64,000 bases of DNA from Lepidodermella squamata (taxonomy: Eukaryota; Animalia; Gastrotricha), in assembly GCA_047495785.1 (NCBI GenBank), contig JBLDXI010000033.1, forward strand, positions 1,178,001 through 1,242,000, written 5' to 3'. The notes beneath the pieces were generated by a model that saw only the letters and a list, made by a program, of their open reading frames with translations, was not told where the DNA came from and did not search any database. The position numbers were made by a program, and so were the translations under genes. Each line of letters starts with the position of its first letter. The stretch's first letter is position 1. Below, piece by piece: positions 12,601 through 24,182 of the stretch.

Positions 12601-15600
12601 TCGATGGAGCCGGGCATATTTTGAGCGCGCTGCTTATGGGGTGTGATAATAATAAAAATTTGTATTATTAAGGCGGCGCCGCGGCGGAAACGAAGCAGCG
12701 CCAGTTTGGAACTTGATTATTGCCTAGGTATAGATTTAGCGCGCGAGTTTCGCACCAAGCTGCTCGCGGACTATTAAATATTGTTCGCAAATAGGGAAGA
12801 GCGCGACATTGACAAAATCACAGAGTGTCCTGGCGCCGTCGTGACCTTTTTATGGGCGTCAAAGAGTGCGCGCGCGGGTTTTATTGCAAGCGCGTGTTAA
12901 ACGCAAATTTGTCGCACCCTAGCGCCAGAAATAACGCGAACAACAATAGGAGGAATACTTAATCCTATATCTCGCGAAAATCCACACGGTAATCAATTAC
13001 TACAAACAAAACGCGAAACTGTGTTGTATAGACACCCAACTATATCGCGACAGGTGTGGTTCTTGTTTATTTTTAAATATTACAACCGCGCCGCGATATA
13101 AACGTTTTTCCTTAAAATCCGTGTTTGAATAATGAATATTAAATATTAAGCAATAAACAAGAGTCATCGACTAAACGACAACAACGCGCGTGTAATTAAT
13201 AATAAAGCAGGTGAGGGGTTACGTATTACTATAACTAACCTATTATATTGCTGTATTTCTTCATTTTATGGGCGCGGTTGATTTTTATATTATACCTATT
13301 GTTGTAAAATGCACGATGATTGGGCGCACGAGCGTCAAGTGCGCGTCATCACGCGCGATTTAATAGCCTCAAGGTGGCTGGTTATTAGCACTTGTTGACA
13401 AGTTTTGACTTGATGGCAGCCTCTTTAATTTCTTAAATTTAGCCAATTTAACATAGAAACGGTGGTATAGATAAAGTGAATATAAACTCGGAAGCTATCT
13501 TATTTAAACTTACAACTAATAACATGTTTATTTACTAGAAAGAGTAGGATAAAAAAGCACCGAAGTTAAAGAGTTAAAGAATTGAGGTATTTTTCTAAAA
13601 ATTATTGCTGCGTATCATCTGCAAGGGACCAGCCTCTCGAAAAACACTACCTGCAAGTTGAAAAAACACATCACCGTGTAAATGATTATCTTAGCCAACT
13701 GCTGATGGTCATTTATGAGATACCACGCTAGTTGGCACCTGCGCAGGCGCCGCTCATGTGGAGGGAAAAAAAACGACTGATGGGGTCAAAGGTTCAGGCT
13801 TTGAATAATAATAATATTTCCACCAATGTTATTAAATTAGCATTTTTTCTTGTTTTCACCTGAAACACCTTTTATCAGGAAAGTGTGAAAAACTAGGGAA
13901 TTACGTATAATAATGAAGTTGTTTTATTATCTTTACTCAATAACAATCATTTCATTCAATTTTCAGTCAGGGAAGGAAGATTTTGTAAAAAATGCACGGT
14001 GTGACACCAGTTTTATTTGCCATGCGTAGAAGCACGCTGATCGTTAATATTCTTGACTTCGTCATGTCTTTACTTTTTTGAGGAGTTAGAACAATAACAC
14101 GACAGGAGTCACGCGTCAGAAGGTGGTAAAGCCGCCTTTATGACCTGGTGCACTAGAATGCACTCGATAATGGCTTTTTTGATATGTGAATCACACTTTT
14201 ATATTATTATTTGTTACAGCAGGACACCTGGAAAGCAAGTAAAATGACCGTTACAGTTTACTGAAATGACGTCACACAACATAAAATTGAAAATATTAAA
14301 AAAAATATTTAACAATAATGATGCAAAAAGTGAATCATGATACTAGCGTCGAAGGTCGATTGGAAATCTAGTTTTGATCTAGCTATTTTTGGGTGCTTTC
14401 ACCGCATTTCAAAAACACCATTTCGTTAGCCCAAATGTCCTTTATAAATTTAGCGCAATTTTTAGCGCAATTGTCTGCGCAAATTTCGGTTTTTTATTCA
14501 ATTCGGCGCAGTTGTCGTTAGCGCAAATGTCGTCACGCAAATCACGCCAAAAAGCTAAAATTTTGCTGAATTTTCTGGATTTTGAGACTGAAATATTTAC
14601 AGTTCCGAGAGTTTCGTCGTATTGATTGCCGAGTTGTTTTCCAAGGTCTGAAATTGTTTACGCAATATTTTAATATATTTGAATAAGTATAGCATAGGCG
14701 CATTGTCTAAACGCACTGGCGCTGAAATGTCTTCCATTCTTTGATAACAAAACTTATTTGCAGGTGTTAAAACCTCACGTGCGCATCGTTAGCGATGCAG
14801 AATTTCTATTTGTTTTTTAATATTAAGATCATTGTAGCACGTGAGTAGGAAGAGATGTACGTGCACATACGAAAAATGTATGCCTTTATAAAATATATAT
14901 TAAACATGAATGCGCATATTAATTTAACGGTTATAAAAATTATGTTTTAGAATTTAAAAGGCGAGAAAACGATGCGAGAAAAAGACAAATACCGTAGTTA
15001 CCGAAATAGAAGCCTAGGCGGCAACCCTTTGTCGGCACTTTGATGTTCTTTGTAGTGCCGCCCAGGCTTGTATTTCGGTAACTACGGTATGAAAAATATG
15101 GAAAGAAATTCCTCAAAAAACCACACGTCGCGGTGACCGACCGGTTTCGACTTTTATTTTCACGTAATAATTCAGGGCCAAGCAACAAATTAGGTGTAGC
15201 AAATAGAAAGGTTGTATTCTGAGGACGGGGTTCATACCGTGATTGAAGCGGAACACTTCTTCAAAGCCAAAAGAGCCCAACCGAAAGGTAATCTTCTGCA
15301 CCAACAGGAGAGCAAGTGAGAACCAATGACGGCGCTGGCTTTTAGCGTCATCTTTGAATCTAATCAATAACTTTGACAAAAAATGTGCGTGAATTTCGCA
15401 GTTTCTTACCAAGGGCTATATATTACTCTACCATCTTAGCTTCCGTTCACTTTTACGCTAACTCAGTTTAGTTTTCTCACTTCTACCTCTAAGCTGTTAT
15501 TAATTGCTCATTATTATAACAAACTCTTGTTTGATTGCACCGTGGGATGTTTTATTCTATGACAATACGGCGTCATCTATGTAATACGTGAATGCAGCTG

Positions 15601-15784
15601 TTCAATCCAACGGCCGCCGATATGATGTCGAAACTTTTGACGCAAATTACCGCCAACTATCGATCCTATAATTTACACGCCGGTTCAATAGTATAATGCG
15701 TTACGGTTAGTTGTTGTGATAAACGAAGCATGACGACACATTCGTGAAATTTACCAAGTGCTATTGTATTATAAAATACTACAG

Positions 15785-16960
15785 ACAAAACTGAAGCAAT
15801 TGAACTTTGCAATTCGCAACGGCTCCAAAACGGCTAGTGACCAAGTCAGTTACTCGGATTTACGCTTCGGCTTCTTCGCCCTAGCAGTTTCGGCTTTCTT
15901 CAACTGCGTCAACCGCGTTCTAACAAAAATACTAACTTCGGAAAGGTCCGAGGAACCTCTCCCAGTTATGCACATTTTGATGATCCGCCACGTTACACTG
16001 CTGATATACGCAATACCCTTCGCAAAGCTGACTGAAGCTCCATTCTTCACCTTCAGCCGACGCGACTGGGTTTTCTTGCTATCAAGATCGGTACTCGCCC
16101 TTGGATCGGCAACAACCAACAATCTGGCAATCATCCTTATCAGCTTACCCGATCTCGCTACTATCACATCAATCACCCCTCTGGTCACCTCATTCGTTAG
16201 CTGGCCGATTTTAGGCGAAAGGCCGAAGTTATCAGACTTCCCGATTTTCTTCATCATGCTCTTTGGTAAAACGGAAATTAGCTCTAAAATATCGGAATAA
16301 TCATTCATGAATCTTAGGAATTATTTTCGTCGTTCAACCAAAGTTCATTTTCGCTGGTTCTGAAAACTACTCACCACCAAATCCAATCGGGGTGGCTCTC
16401 GGCGTGTTCTCTATAATTGCAAGGGTGAGCTAGAACGTAATAATTAAAATTTTAACACCCTCATTCAAATTATTCAGTGCATCACTCATACAAGTGTTCG
16501 AGGTCTTCGCCAGGTTCATACTGCGAGTGTTAATTTCATCTATGGCGTGGTTTCGACCATCCTTCTACTCGCAATCAACTTGATATTTTTCCCCCGGTGG
16601 CCGCCCTGCTCGAAATTTATTCGCTTCGAAACGCTGATGGGTGGAATTCTGATTTCAATCGACATAGCCATGTCAAAACTGGCTGGCCGTAATTTACCAG
16701 CTGCTTTCCTTTCCCTCGGAGCCGGCATGGAAATCATCATCCAGCTAAGCTTCCAAATCATGTTTTTCAATGCAGTTCCCAAGGTGTTCAACCTGATAGG
16801 AGCTCTCATCGTTATAATGGCTTTCGTATTCATCGGTTTGAGAAGCATGCTGGTGCGGAATATGGAATTGAAGGTGAAAGAGAAAATCGACAGTGGCGAT
16901 ATTCCAACTTTGCGAGAACGGCAAGATATCAGTTGCTTTATGAAATTTCTGACTCTTTAA
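15785..16960 (+). CDS. EamA/DMT (SLC35G-like) transporter, copy 1; true start codon not resolved
   Basis: Exons ~15785-16265, 16318-16424, 16478-16960. About 10 hydrophobic helices; motifs LLSRS, SLPDLATITSITPLVT, WPILGERP, FNLIGALIV. Confidence 0.85.
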
Positions 16961-17349
16961 TCTCATCAGTCGGTGAACTAATGAAATGTGATGCCGTAAA
17001 TCTTCAGCTATTATTCACTCGAAAATTCGCATGGAATGGAATTTCGAGAATTTTTCTAAAATTTGAATTATTTAATTCATAGGTAGTTTATAACAGCACT
17101 AAATTTTAAGAGAGCTAGTTCGACTGGTTTCACATAACTATAAATTACGGTCACGTAAATTTTAAAATCTGTCCGATTGATTACTCGAATTGAGAGTGGT
17201 CAAATGCTGGAAAAAAATTCGCAAAATTGAAATTTCACGATTTTTTTCCTCGTGAATAGCTATTAGGAAAACATATAGCACGTTTCATTAGTCCAACGAC
17301 AGTTCTCGAAATTCAACCACAATTCTTTGCGAAGTAAAACACAATTAAA

Positions 17350-19125
17350 ATGACTTATGTAAATAGCTATTTATTTCTTAAAATCGGCTTATTAGCTCAC
17401 CAGTGAATCGATTTTTGCTCGAGATTGCGATGAATAATTGTTAGAAAAGGTGGAAGTCAGATTTCAAACCAAACCAGGCCTCCTGGCCGCAGGGCAGAGT
17501 ATTTTCAGGAGGAAGGCAGGGAAAGTCTTGTATTAAATAGGAAAACCTCCCAGCATGAGAGCGGTGAAGTTGAAAAACATCTTTGTTTGATCAATACGAG
17601 AGCACATCATCATAGATGATATGCAAAATTTTCATATAACATACGTCTGAATATAAGTTGGGCTCGTATTACTGAAGCTGACAAAGAGGAAGAAATAATG
17701 CACCACATCTTAGGCTATGGATTATCTGTCCTTGCAACATCATCACTGTTCAAATGCTTCAACAGAATTCTGATGAAATCACTGACAACAGATAGAGCCG
17801 ACGACCGACAGCCCGTCATTTATGTTCTTCTGATGTGCCATCTCACGCTGGCAATGGTGTCTGTTCCCTACGTTAAGCTGAGCTCGGCTCCTTTTTTCAA
17901 CTTCTCCCTGCGAGAATGGTTTCTGTTGATAACAAGATCTGTTCTATCATTCGGCGTTGCAGCTTCAAATAACTATGCCATCACTGTTATATCTCTGGCA
18001 GATCTCGCGACAATCACCTCAGTCACCCCACTGGTTACTTCATTTTGGAGCTGGCTGATACTTGGCGAGAAGCCAAAGATATCTGACTTCCCAATATTTT
18101 TTATAATGCTCACAGGTAATTTCCTAATTTTATTAAGATATTTCTCTAAAAAGTTTAAGCAGGGGTGATTTTCATTATTCAACCACAATTTATTTTTGGT
18201 GGATCCGAGAATTATGCTCCACCCAACACTTATGGGGTAATGCTTGCAATTGCAACAATCTGCGGGAGGGTAAAACCGAAGTACCACTTTCTAACCTTTT
18301 AATTCAAATGATATTTCCAGTGCCTCGTTCATACAAGCATCAGAGGGCTCCGCAAAACCCCTACTCCCAGCGTGAATTTCATTTACGGTGTTGTTTCTTC
18401 CATAATTTGTCTTGGGATCAACTTCTACGCATCTCCCATCTTGCCACCTTGTTCGGAATTGCTCCGATTCGAGCTGTTGAGCACAGGCCTCATCATGTCC
18501 CTTGACTTCGCAATGTTCAAATTGGCTGGTCATACCCTTCCCGCATATTTCCTGTCCCTTGGAACGGGCCTAGAGCTGGTTTTCCAACTCGTGCTTCAAA
18601 TCGTCGTCTATGGCGCTGTGCCCAAGCTTTTCAACCTGATTGGAGCGTTAATAGTGGGCGGCGCATTCGGCCTCATAGCAGTGAGAAATATGTTACTGCG
18701 TAAAATAGAGCTCAAAAAGCTGAGGGTCCAGACAACTGGCGAAATTGAAACTTTAAAGGAGAAGGAAAATATTAGTTGTTTCACCAAATTTTTAACTCTC
18801 TGAACGATGGCTCATTTCTGAAAGGAGTTTTTCAGGCTTCCATGTGATTTTATCTCTTCTACTCAAGTGCTTAGGTGAATAAAACATGCACGCCAGCCTT
18901 TATCCTAACCTTCAAGTTATGAATCATGTAACAGACAGAAATGCAAACCGGAAGTAGAGCGCGGGTTGATCACACAAGACGCAATGTTTACAAGAAAATT
19001 CAAATGATCATAACGGACTTGAGTATTCCCAAGTAATATTTGGATGCTCGCCTTTAGTGAGGGCTTACAAGTAATTTCGCCTGATATGTTAGCACTACTG
19101 CAACCAATCATTCAGAGAAAAATCA
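17350..19125 (+). repeat. Segmental duplication unit A1 (EamA gene plus flanks), paralogous to 21709-23870
   Basis: Shared non-coding anchors: GTAAATAGCTAT, GAGATTGYGATGAATAA, AAAAACATCTTTGTTTGATCAATAC, TTATCTCTTCTACTCAAGTGCT, TTCAAATGATCATAAC, TATTTGGATGCTCGCCT. Confidence 0.9.
17698..18803 (+). CDS. EamA/DMT (SLC35G-like) transporter, copy 2
   Basis: Exons 17698-18115, 18163-18269, 18321-18803; same intron positions and phases as the other copies; WLILGEKP motif. Confidence 0.88.
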
Positions 19126-19706
19126 GAAACTTGAAGCTTATCGGAATGACAGAATTTTCAGACTAAAGTTGTATTTAGATCATTTGAAACTTCAACAGCA
19201 TTTCAAGGTATTCTCGGACTATCAAATTCAATGCTCCTCCAATTTTATTCTCGGAATTTTACAAAAATGAAATGAGCTACTAAGTTTTTCAACGACCGAT
19301 GTTATCCTAAATGATGAACAAAACAAAGGCATATACGACGTGCTTGTTTATTCCGGCAGTTGGCAGAGGGCGACTTTCAATCTAATAATCGATCTTTTGG
19401 TTGAGCGAATCAGGCCACATTTTTCCATCCAGAGGTGATTCATGATTCATATAATTCAAACAGTTAAATGTTTAAACTCGAAAATATGTCTATGAATGAA
19501 AATTCTGACCCGGAACGCGACCGTTTTGAAACTTGTGCCATGTTTTTGTTATGTTTTTTTTTAGAATAGCCGAAAATAGCAACAGCGTACACGTGATTGC
19601 TGAATGAACTTTGGTTTTTCGGAGCAATCACTGATGTGAAAGCTGATGTTTGCACCCCTGATTAAATTTCCCGCGGCGCCAGCCAGCTAACACTGCCAAG
19701 GTAGGC

Positions 19707-19713
19707 TATAAAA
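19707..19713 (+). promoter_or_regulatory. TATA box of sHSP gene 1
   Basis: TATAAAA ~115 nt upstream of the ATG; the paralog has TATAAG at an equivalent position (32790). Confidence 0.55.
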
Positions 19714-19822
19714 AAGCCGAGTTTCATGTCTTATCCATCATCAATCAATAGTTATTTCTCAGCTTTCAAGCTTTCATAATTTTCTAATATTTTTCCGCTC
19801 GTTAGTAATCGTATCCTTAAAA

Positions 19823-21248
19823 ATGGCCTGCTCTTTCGCTAACAACGCTTCATCCGTCCTGTCGGCTGGTTTCGACGGTCTTGCTGCCAAGCTTGGCCAA
19901 TACAACCAATCTGGTCTCGCTGGCATCAACGCTGCCACTAGCAACGGCGCCAATAGCTGCAACGTTTCTGCTGCCCAAATCAACGCCAACAACATCGCTG
20001 CCCAGATCGGCGCAAAGATCGGCCAGGAGTACGGCGCTCAGCTGGGTGCTACTATCGCCGGCCAGCTGAACGCCACCTTCGGGGCCCAGTGGGCCGCCCA
20101 GCTGGGAGCTGCCTACGGCGCCGAGGTCGTCGCCGAGTTGGGTGCCCAACTGGCCGTCTTCGCCGCCGCCACCGGTTTCGGCGCCCAGTCGACCGCCCAA
20201 CAGGGTGCTCAGTGGGGTGCTCAGGCTGGCGCCCAGTTGGCCGCTATTCTGGCTGCCAAGCTCGGCGGACAACCTGCTGGTATCTTCGCCAACAACCAGG
20301 CCGTCGCCCAGATCGGCGCCGCGATCATCTCGCAGGCTGGTGCCAAGTTGGGTGCTTGCGTCGCTGCCCAAATCAACGGCGGCGCCTTTGGTGCTGGTGC
20401 CAACAGCAGCAACATCGCTGGCAACTTCGGCGGCGTCAACGCCATCAACAACGGCCTGTTCGGTGACCTGAACGGCTACAACGCTGGGCTTCTCGGTGCC
20501 AACTTCGGCGCTTTCGGTGCTAATGTCGACAAATTGGCTGGCGCCAACAGCAACTACGCCAACTTCTCTGGTAACTTCGGTGCCAACACTTTCGGTGGCG
20601 GAAACCTCGCCAACCAGGCTGGTCTCTTTGGCGGAAACATCAACGGCCTCGCCAACTCGCAGGCTGCCGCCGACCATCTATACAACATCGCCTTCCGCCC
20701 GTCCAGCCAGGCCGAGCTCTACACCCTGACCAACCCGGTGCAGTACGTCGACAACCAGGGCAACCGCCAGCTGTTCCTCGCCTTCGAGCTCAAGGGCTTT
20801 AAGCCTGAGGAAGTCACCGTCACCCTGAACAAGGCCGAGCGCGCCGTCGTCGTCGAGGCCGCCCACGACATCAAGGAGGGCAAGGAGCACCAGATCTCCC
20901 GCAAGTACTCGCGCAAGTTCGTCCTGCCCGAGGTGAGTAAAATCATAGAATATCTCAATCAACTCTAAACTAATGCTTTCCTTTATCTTTCAGACCCTTG
21001 CCAAGATCGACCTGGCCAAGGTTGAGCTCAAGTCGCATCTGAACGCGAATGGCTTCCTGACCATCGAGGCCGAGCTGCCGAAGCTGAGCGCCGAGGAGAT
21101 CGCCAAGCTGCCGGTTTCTTCGTCTCAGCTGCTTAACGCCGCTGCCCTGAACAGCAGCAACGTCTTCGGTGGCAACAACCAGTACGACAACAACGTCTAC
21201 GGCAACATCGCCAACGCCGTCAAGCCCGTCACCGTCAAAACTGCCTAA
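19823..21248 (+). CDS. Giant small heat-shock/alpha-crystallin-domain protein 1 (454 aa) with Gly/Ala helical-repeat and N/G/F-rich N-terminal extension
   Basis: Exons 19823-20932 and 20994-21248. Crystallin-domain motifs FELKGFKPEEVTV, ISRKYSRKFVLPE, SHLNANGFLTIEA; C-terminal IXI-like VKPVTV; AATAAA at 21351. Confidence 0.9.
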
Positions 21249-22041
21249 ATATGGAATCTGTAAGCTTTGGAGCATAGAAAAACTCGAAGTGAAAAAACCA
21301 TTGAAATCAATGTGATTAAACAAGTGCGATCGAATTGTATTCTGATATGCAATAAATCAGAACTTTTCTCTGAATTTCGTATTTTCGTGGTGTCGGTTTT
21401 ATTAGTTCCAATCATCATTCTTTGCTCGCTTATGATATAGGTCATTGACACGCAAGCAATAACAAAAAGACCGAACTGAGATAAAATCAATTTGATCTTT
21501 ACAACGATTGAATACCAATTGCTAAATGCAATGTCTTCTCATCCTGTACAGTGGGCCACATTAAAAATCGATCATTATAGGGCGATTTAGGTGACTAAGG
21601 GTGAAGTCCACCTACTTTTTCCTTGTCGTCATCGCTTGGTCGCTTGGTCGCGTAGCTCCAAAGACGGTCGACTATTATCTATTTTCTGAAAATTAAAACA
21701 AGTAGAATATAACTTACGTAAATAGCTATGATGAGATTACCGCGATGCGAATTTTTTCATATCGGATCATCGCCCCCAACTGGATTCTCGCATGAGATTG
21801 TGATGAATAAGCTTAAAAAAGTTTTCTTAAAAAAGTCAGACTGAAACCAAACAAGGTGGTAGGGCAGAGTATTTGTAGCAGGAAGTTGAGCAGAAAGCAG
21901 GAAGTGAAGTCCTTTATCATTATGAGAAAAGCTTCTACCATAAGAGCTGTGAAGTTAAAAAACATCTTTGTTTGATCAATACCACCATAGATGGTGTATA
22001 CGCAATTCTCACATAGTCTGAGAATTGTAAGTTAAACTCGA

Positions 22042-23587
22042 ATGACTGAGGCTGACAAAAAGGAAGAAATAATCCAACACAGCTTAGCCTATGGATTCTC
22101 TGCTCTTGTAACATCGTCGCTGTTCAAATGCTTCAACAGAATTTTGACGAAATCACTGACAACGGACAGAGCCGACGACCAACAGCCCGTCATTTACGTT
22201 CTATTGATGTGCCATCTCACACTGGCAATGGTTTCCGTGCCCTACGTTAAGCTGAGCGAGGCTCCTTTTTTCAATTTTTCCCTGCGAGAATGGTTTCTGC
22301 TGATCACAAGATCAATTCTGTCGCTTGGGGCCGTAGCTTCAAATAACTACGCAATCACTGTTATATCTCTGCCAGATCTTGCGGCAATCACTTCAGTCAT
22401 CCCTCTGGTTACTTCATTTTGGAGCTGGCTGATACTCGGCGAGAGGCCAAAGATATCTGACATTCCGATTTTTATTATAATGCTCACAGGTAATTTCATA
22501 ATTTTATTAAGACATTTCTCTAAACACATTAAACAGGAGTGATTTTCATTATTCAACCTCAATTTATTTTTGGTGGATCCGAGAATTATGCTCCACCCAA
22601 CACTTATGGGGTGATGCTTGCAATTGCAACCATCTGCACGCTGGTAAAACGGAAATACCACTTTCATATGACATAGATCGGACTCCGAACTCAGATCACT
22701 TGGCTGACAAAAGGACGTGCTCATTTGTTGGCTCATGAATATTCTAAATATTTTGCAGCCTAAAAAATGGCGGGGTTTTATTCGAATCCGTTCATTAAAA
22801 TATAAACATTTGAAATTGATTATTTCAAGTTCTGAAGATGGCAAAAGTAGTGGTTTGGCGCTGTTTGACGCTACCAAGAAGAGATGCATCTTTAAAGCTT
22901 CTCCTGATGAGAGAGCAGCAACTGCTCGAAATTAGATCTAAAGTAAACAGAAATAGCACAAGAAATATTGGGGTGGAAAATTATGACATGATTGATCTCA
23001 TCAATTTGATACAATGAACTTGGTCTGACTTCAGTTTTTTGTTTACGGCGTCCTATCTATGTCACATACATTGTCTAACCTTTTAATTTGAACGATATTC
23101 CCAGTGTTTGGTTCATACAAGCATCAGAGGGCTCCGCAATACCCCGACTCCCAGCGTGAATTTCATCTACGGCGTTGTTTCATCCATAATTTGTCTAGGG
23201 ATCAATTTCTACGTATCTCCCATCTTGCCTCCATGTTCGGAATTGATTCGATTCGAGCTCCTGAGCACAGGCCTAATCATGTCCGTTGACTTTTCCATGT
23301 TCAAATTGGCCGGCCATACCCTCCCTGCGTATTTCTTATCGCTTGGATCGGGCCTGGAGCTGGTTTTCCAACTTGCTCTGCAAATCGTTGTCTACGGCGC
23401 TGTGCCCAAGCTGTTCAACCTGATTGGAGCGTCAATTGTTGTCGGCGCATTTGGCCTTATAGCTGTAAGAAATCAGTTACTGCGTAAAATGGAGCTGAAA
23501 AAGCTAAGAGCCACGTCAACCGGCGAAATTGAAACTCTAAAGGAGAAGGAAAATGTTAGTTGCTTCACCAAATGTTTAACTATCTGA
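22042..23587 (+). CDS. EamA/DMT (SLC35G-like) transporter, copy 3
   Basis: Exons 22042-22489, 22537-22643, 23105-23587; protein highly similar to copy 2. Confidence 0.88.
22669..23064. mobile_element. 396-bp non-autonomous insertion with TG...CA ends, ~15-bp TIR and 4-bp TSD (CATA)
   Basis: Left end TGACATAGATCGGAC; right end reverse complement TGACATAGATAGGAC; CATA at 22665-22668 and 23065-23068. Absent from the paralogous intron of copy 2 (51 nt vs 461 nt). Confidence 0.85.
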
Positions 23588-24182
23588 ACTCTACTGGCAC
23601 ATTTTTTAACAGAGATTTCCAGGCTTCCGAGTTATTTTATCTCTTCTACTCAAGTGCTTTGGTAATAAAGCATGTATGCCAGTCTCTATTATTCAAATGA
23701 CTAAAATTAAGAATCCTGCAACAACATACCGGAAGTAGGACGGTTTGATGACTCAAGATAATTCAAATGATCATAAACCAAGTGATATCTGATATTTGGA
23801 TGCTCGCCTCTTTTGAGAGCTTACATTTTTTCGCCTGATGCTGGAACCGCTGAAACCACCAGAAAATCCATAAAAAAACCTCAATTAAATATCCCTCCGA
23901 ACGCATTTTATTTGTCGGACTTTCCTTTGGAAATCTTTCAACGCTAACGGCTAAAGTTATCAAATACACCAGGTCACAGTTATATTGCCCATCGGCTGTA
24001 ACAATGAGATGCCACGTCTAGCTATAGGGTGGAAGTGCGCAAATGGGGCACACGTCTGGAAATGTGCGCACCCTTGAAGAAGTAATCAAACGGTTATACA
24101 GTGGCGGTTAAGAATACAGTTAGACATTAACGTGGAATTTGAAGATGTTTGTTTTATGCTTCTCAGATAATTTTAACTGGCT

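Larger units (their letters stand above)
21709..23870 (+). repeat. Segmental duplication unit A2 (EamA gene plus flanks), paralogous to 17350-19125
   Basis: Same anchors as A1; longer mainly because of the intronic insertion at 22669-23064. Confidence 0.9.

Noticed and set aside
14424-14545. TTAGCGCAA short repeats
   Set aside because: No TIR or TSD could be defined; too degenerate to call an element.
6838-15412. Numerous 60-107 aa ORFs in the non-coding block (likewise 37431-41325)
   Set aside because: Random composition, mostly non-ATG starts, no motifs and no consistent splice chain found.
19850-20677. 275-aa antisense ORF and other overlapping ORFs across both sHSP genes
   Set aside because: By-product of extreme codon bias: sense TTA/CTA/TCA codons are avoided, so antisense stops are absent. 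No independent signals.
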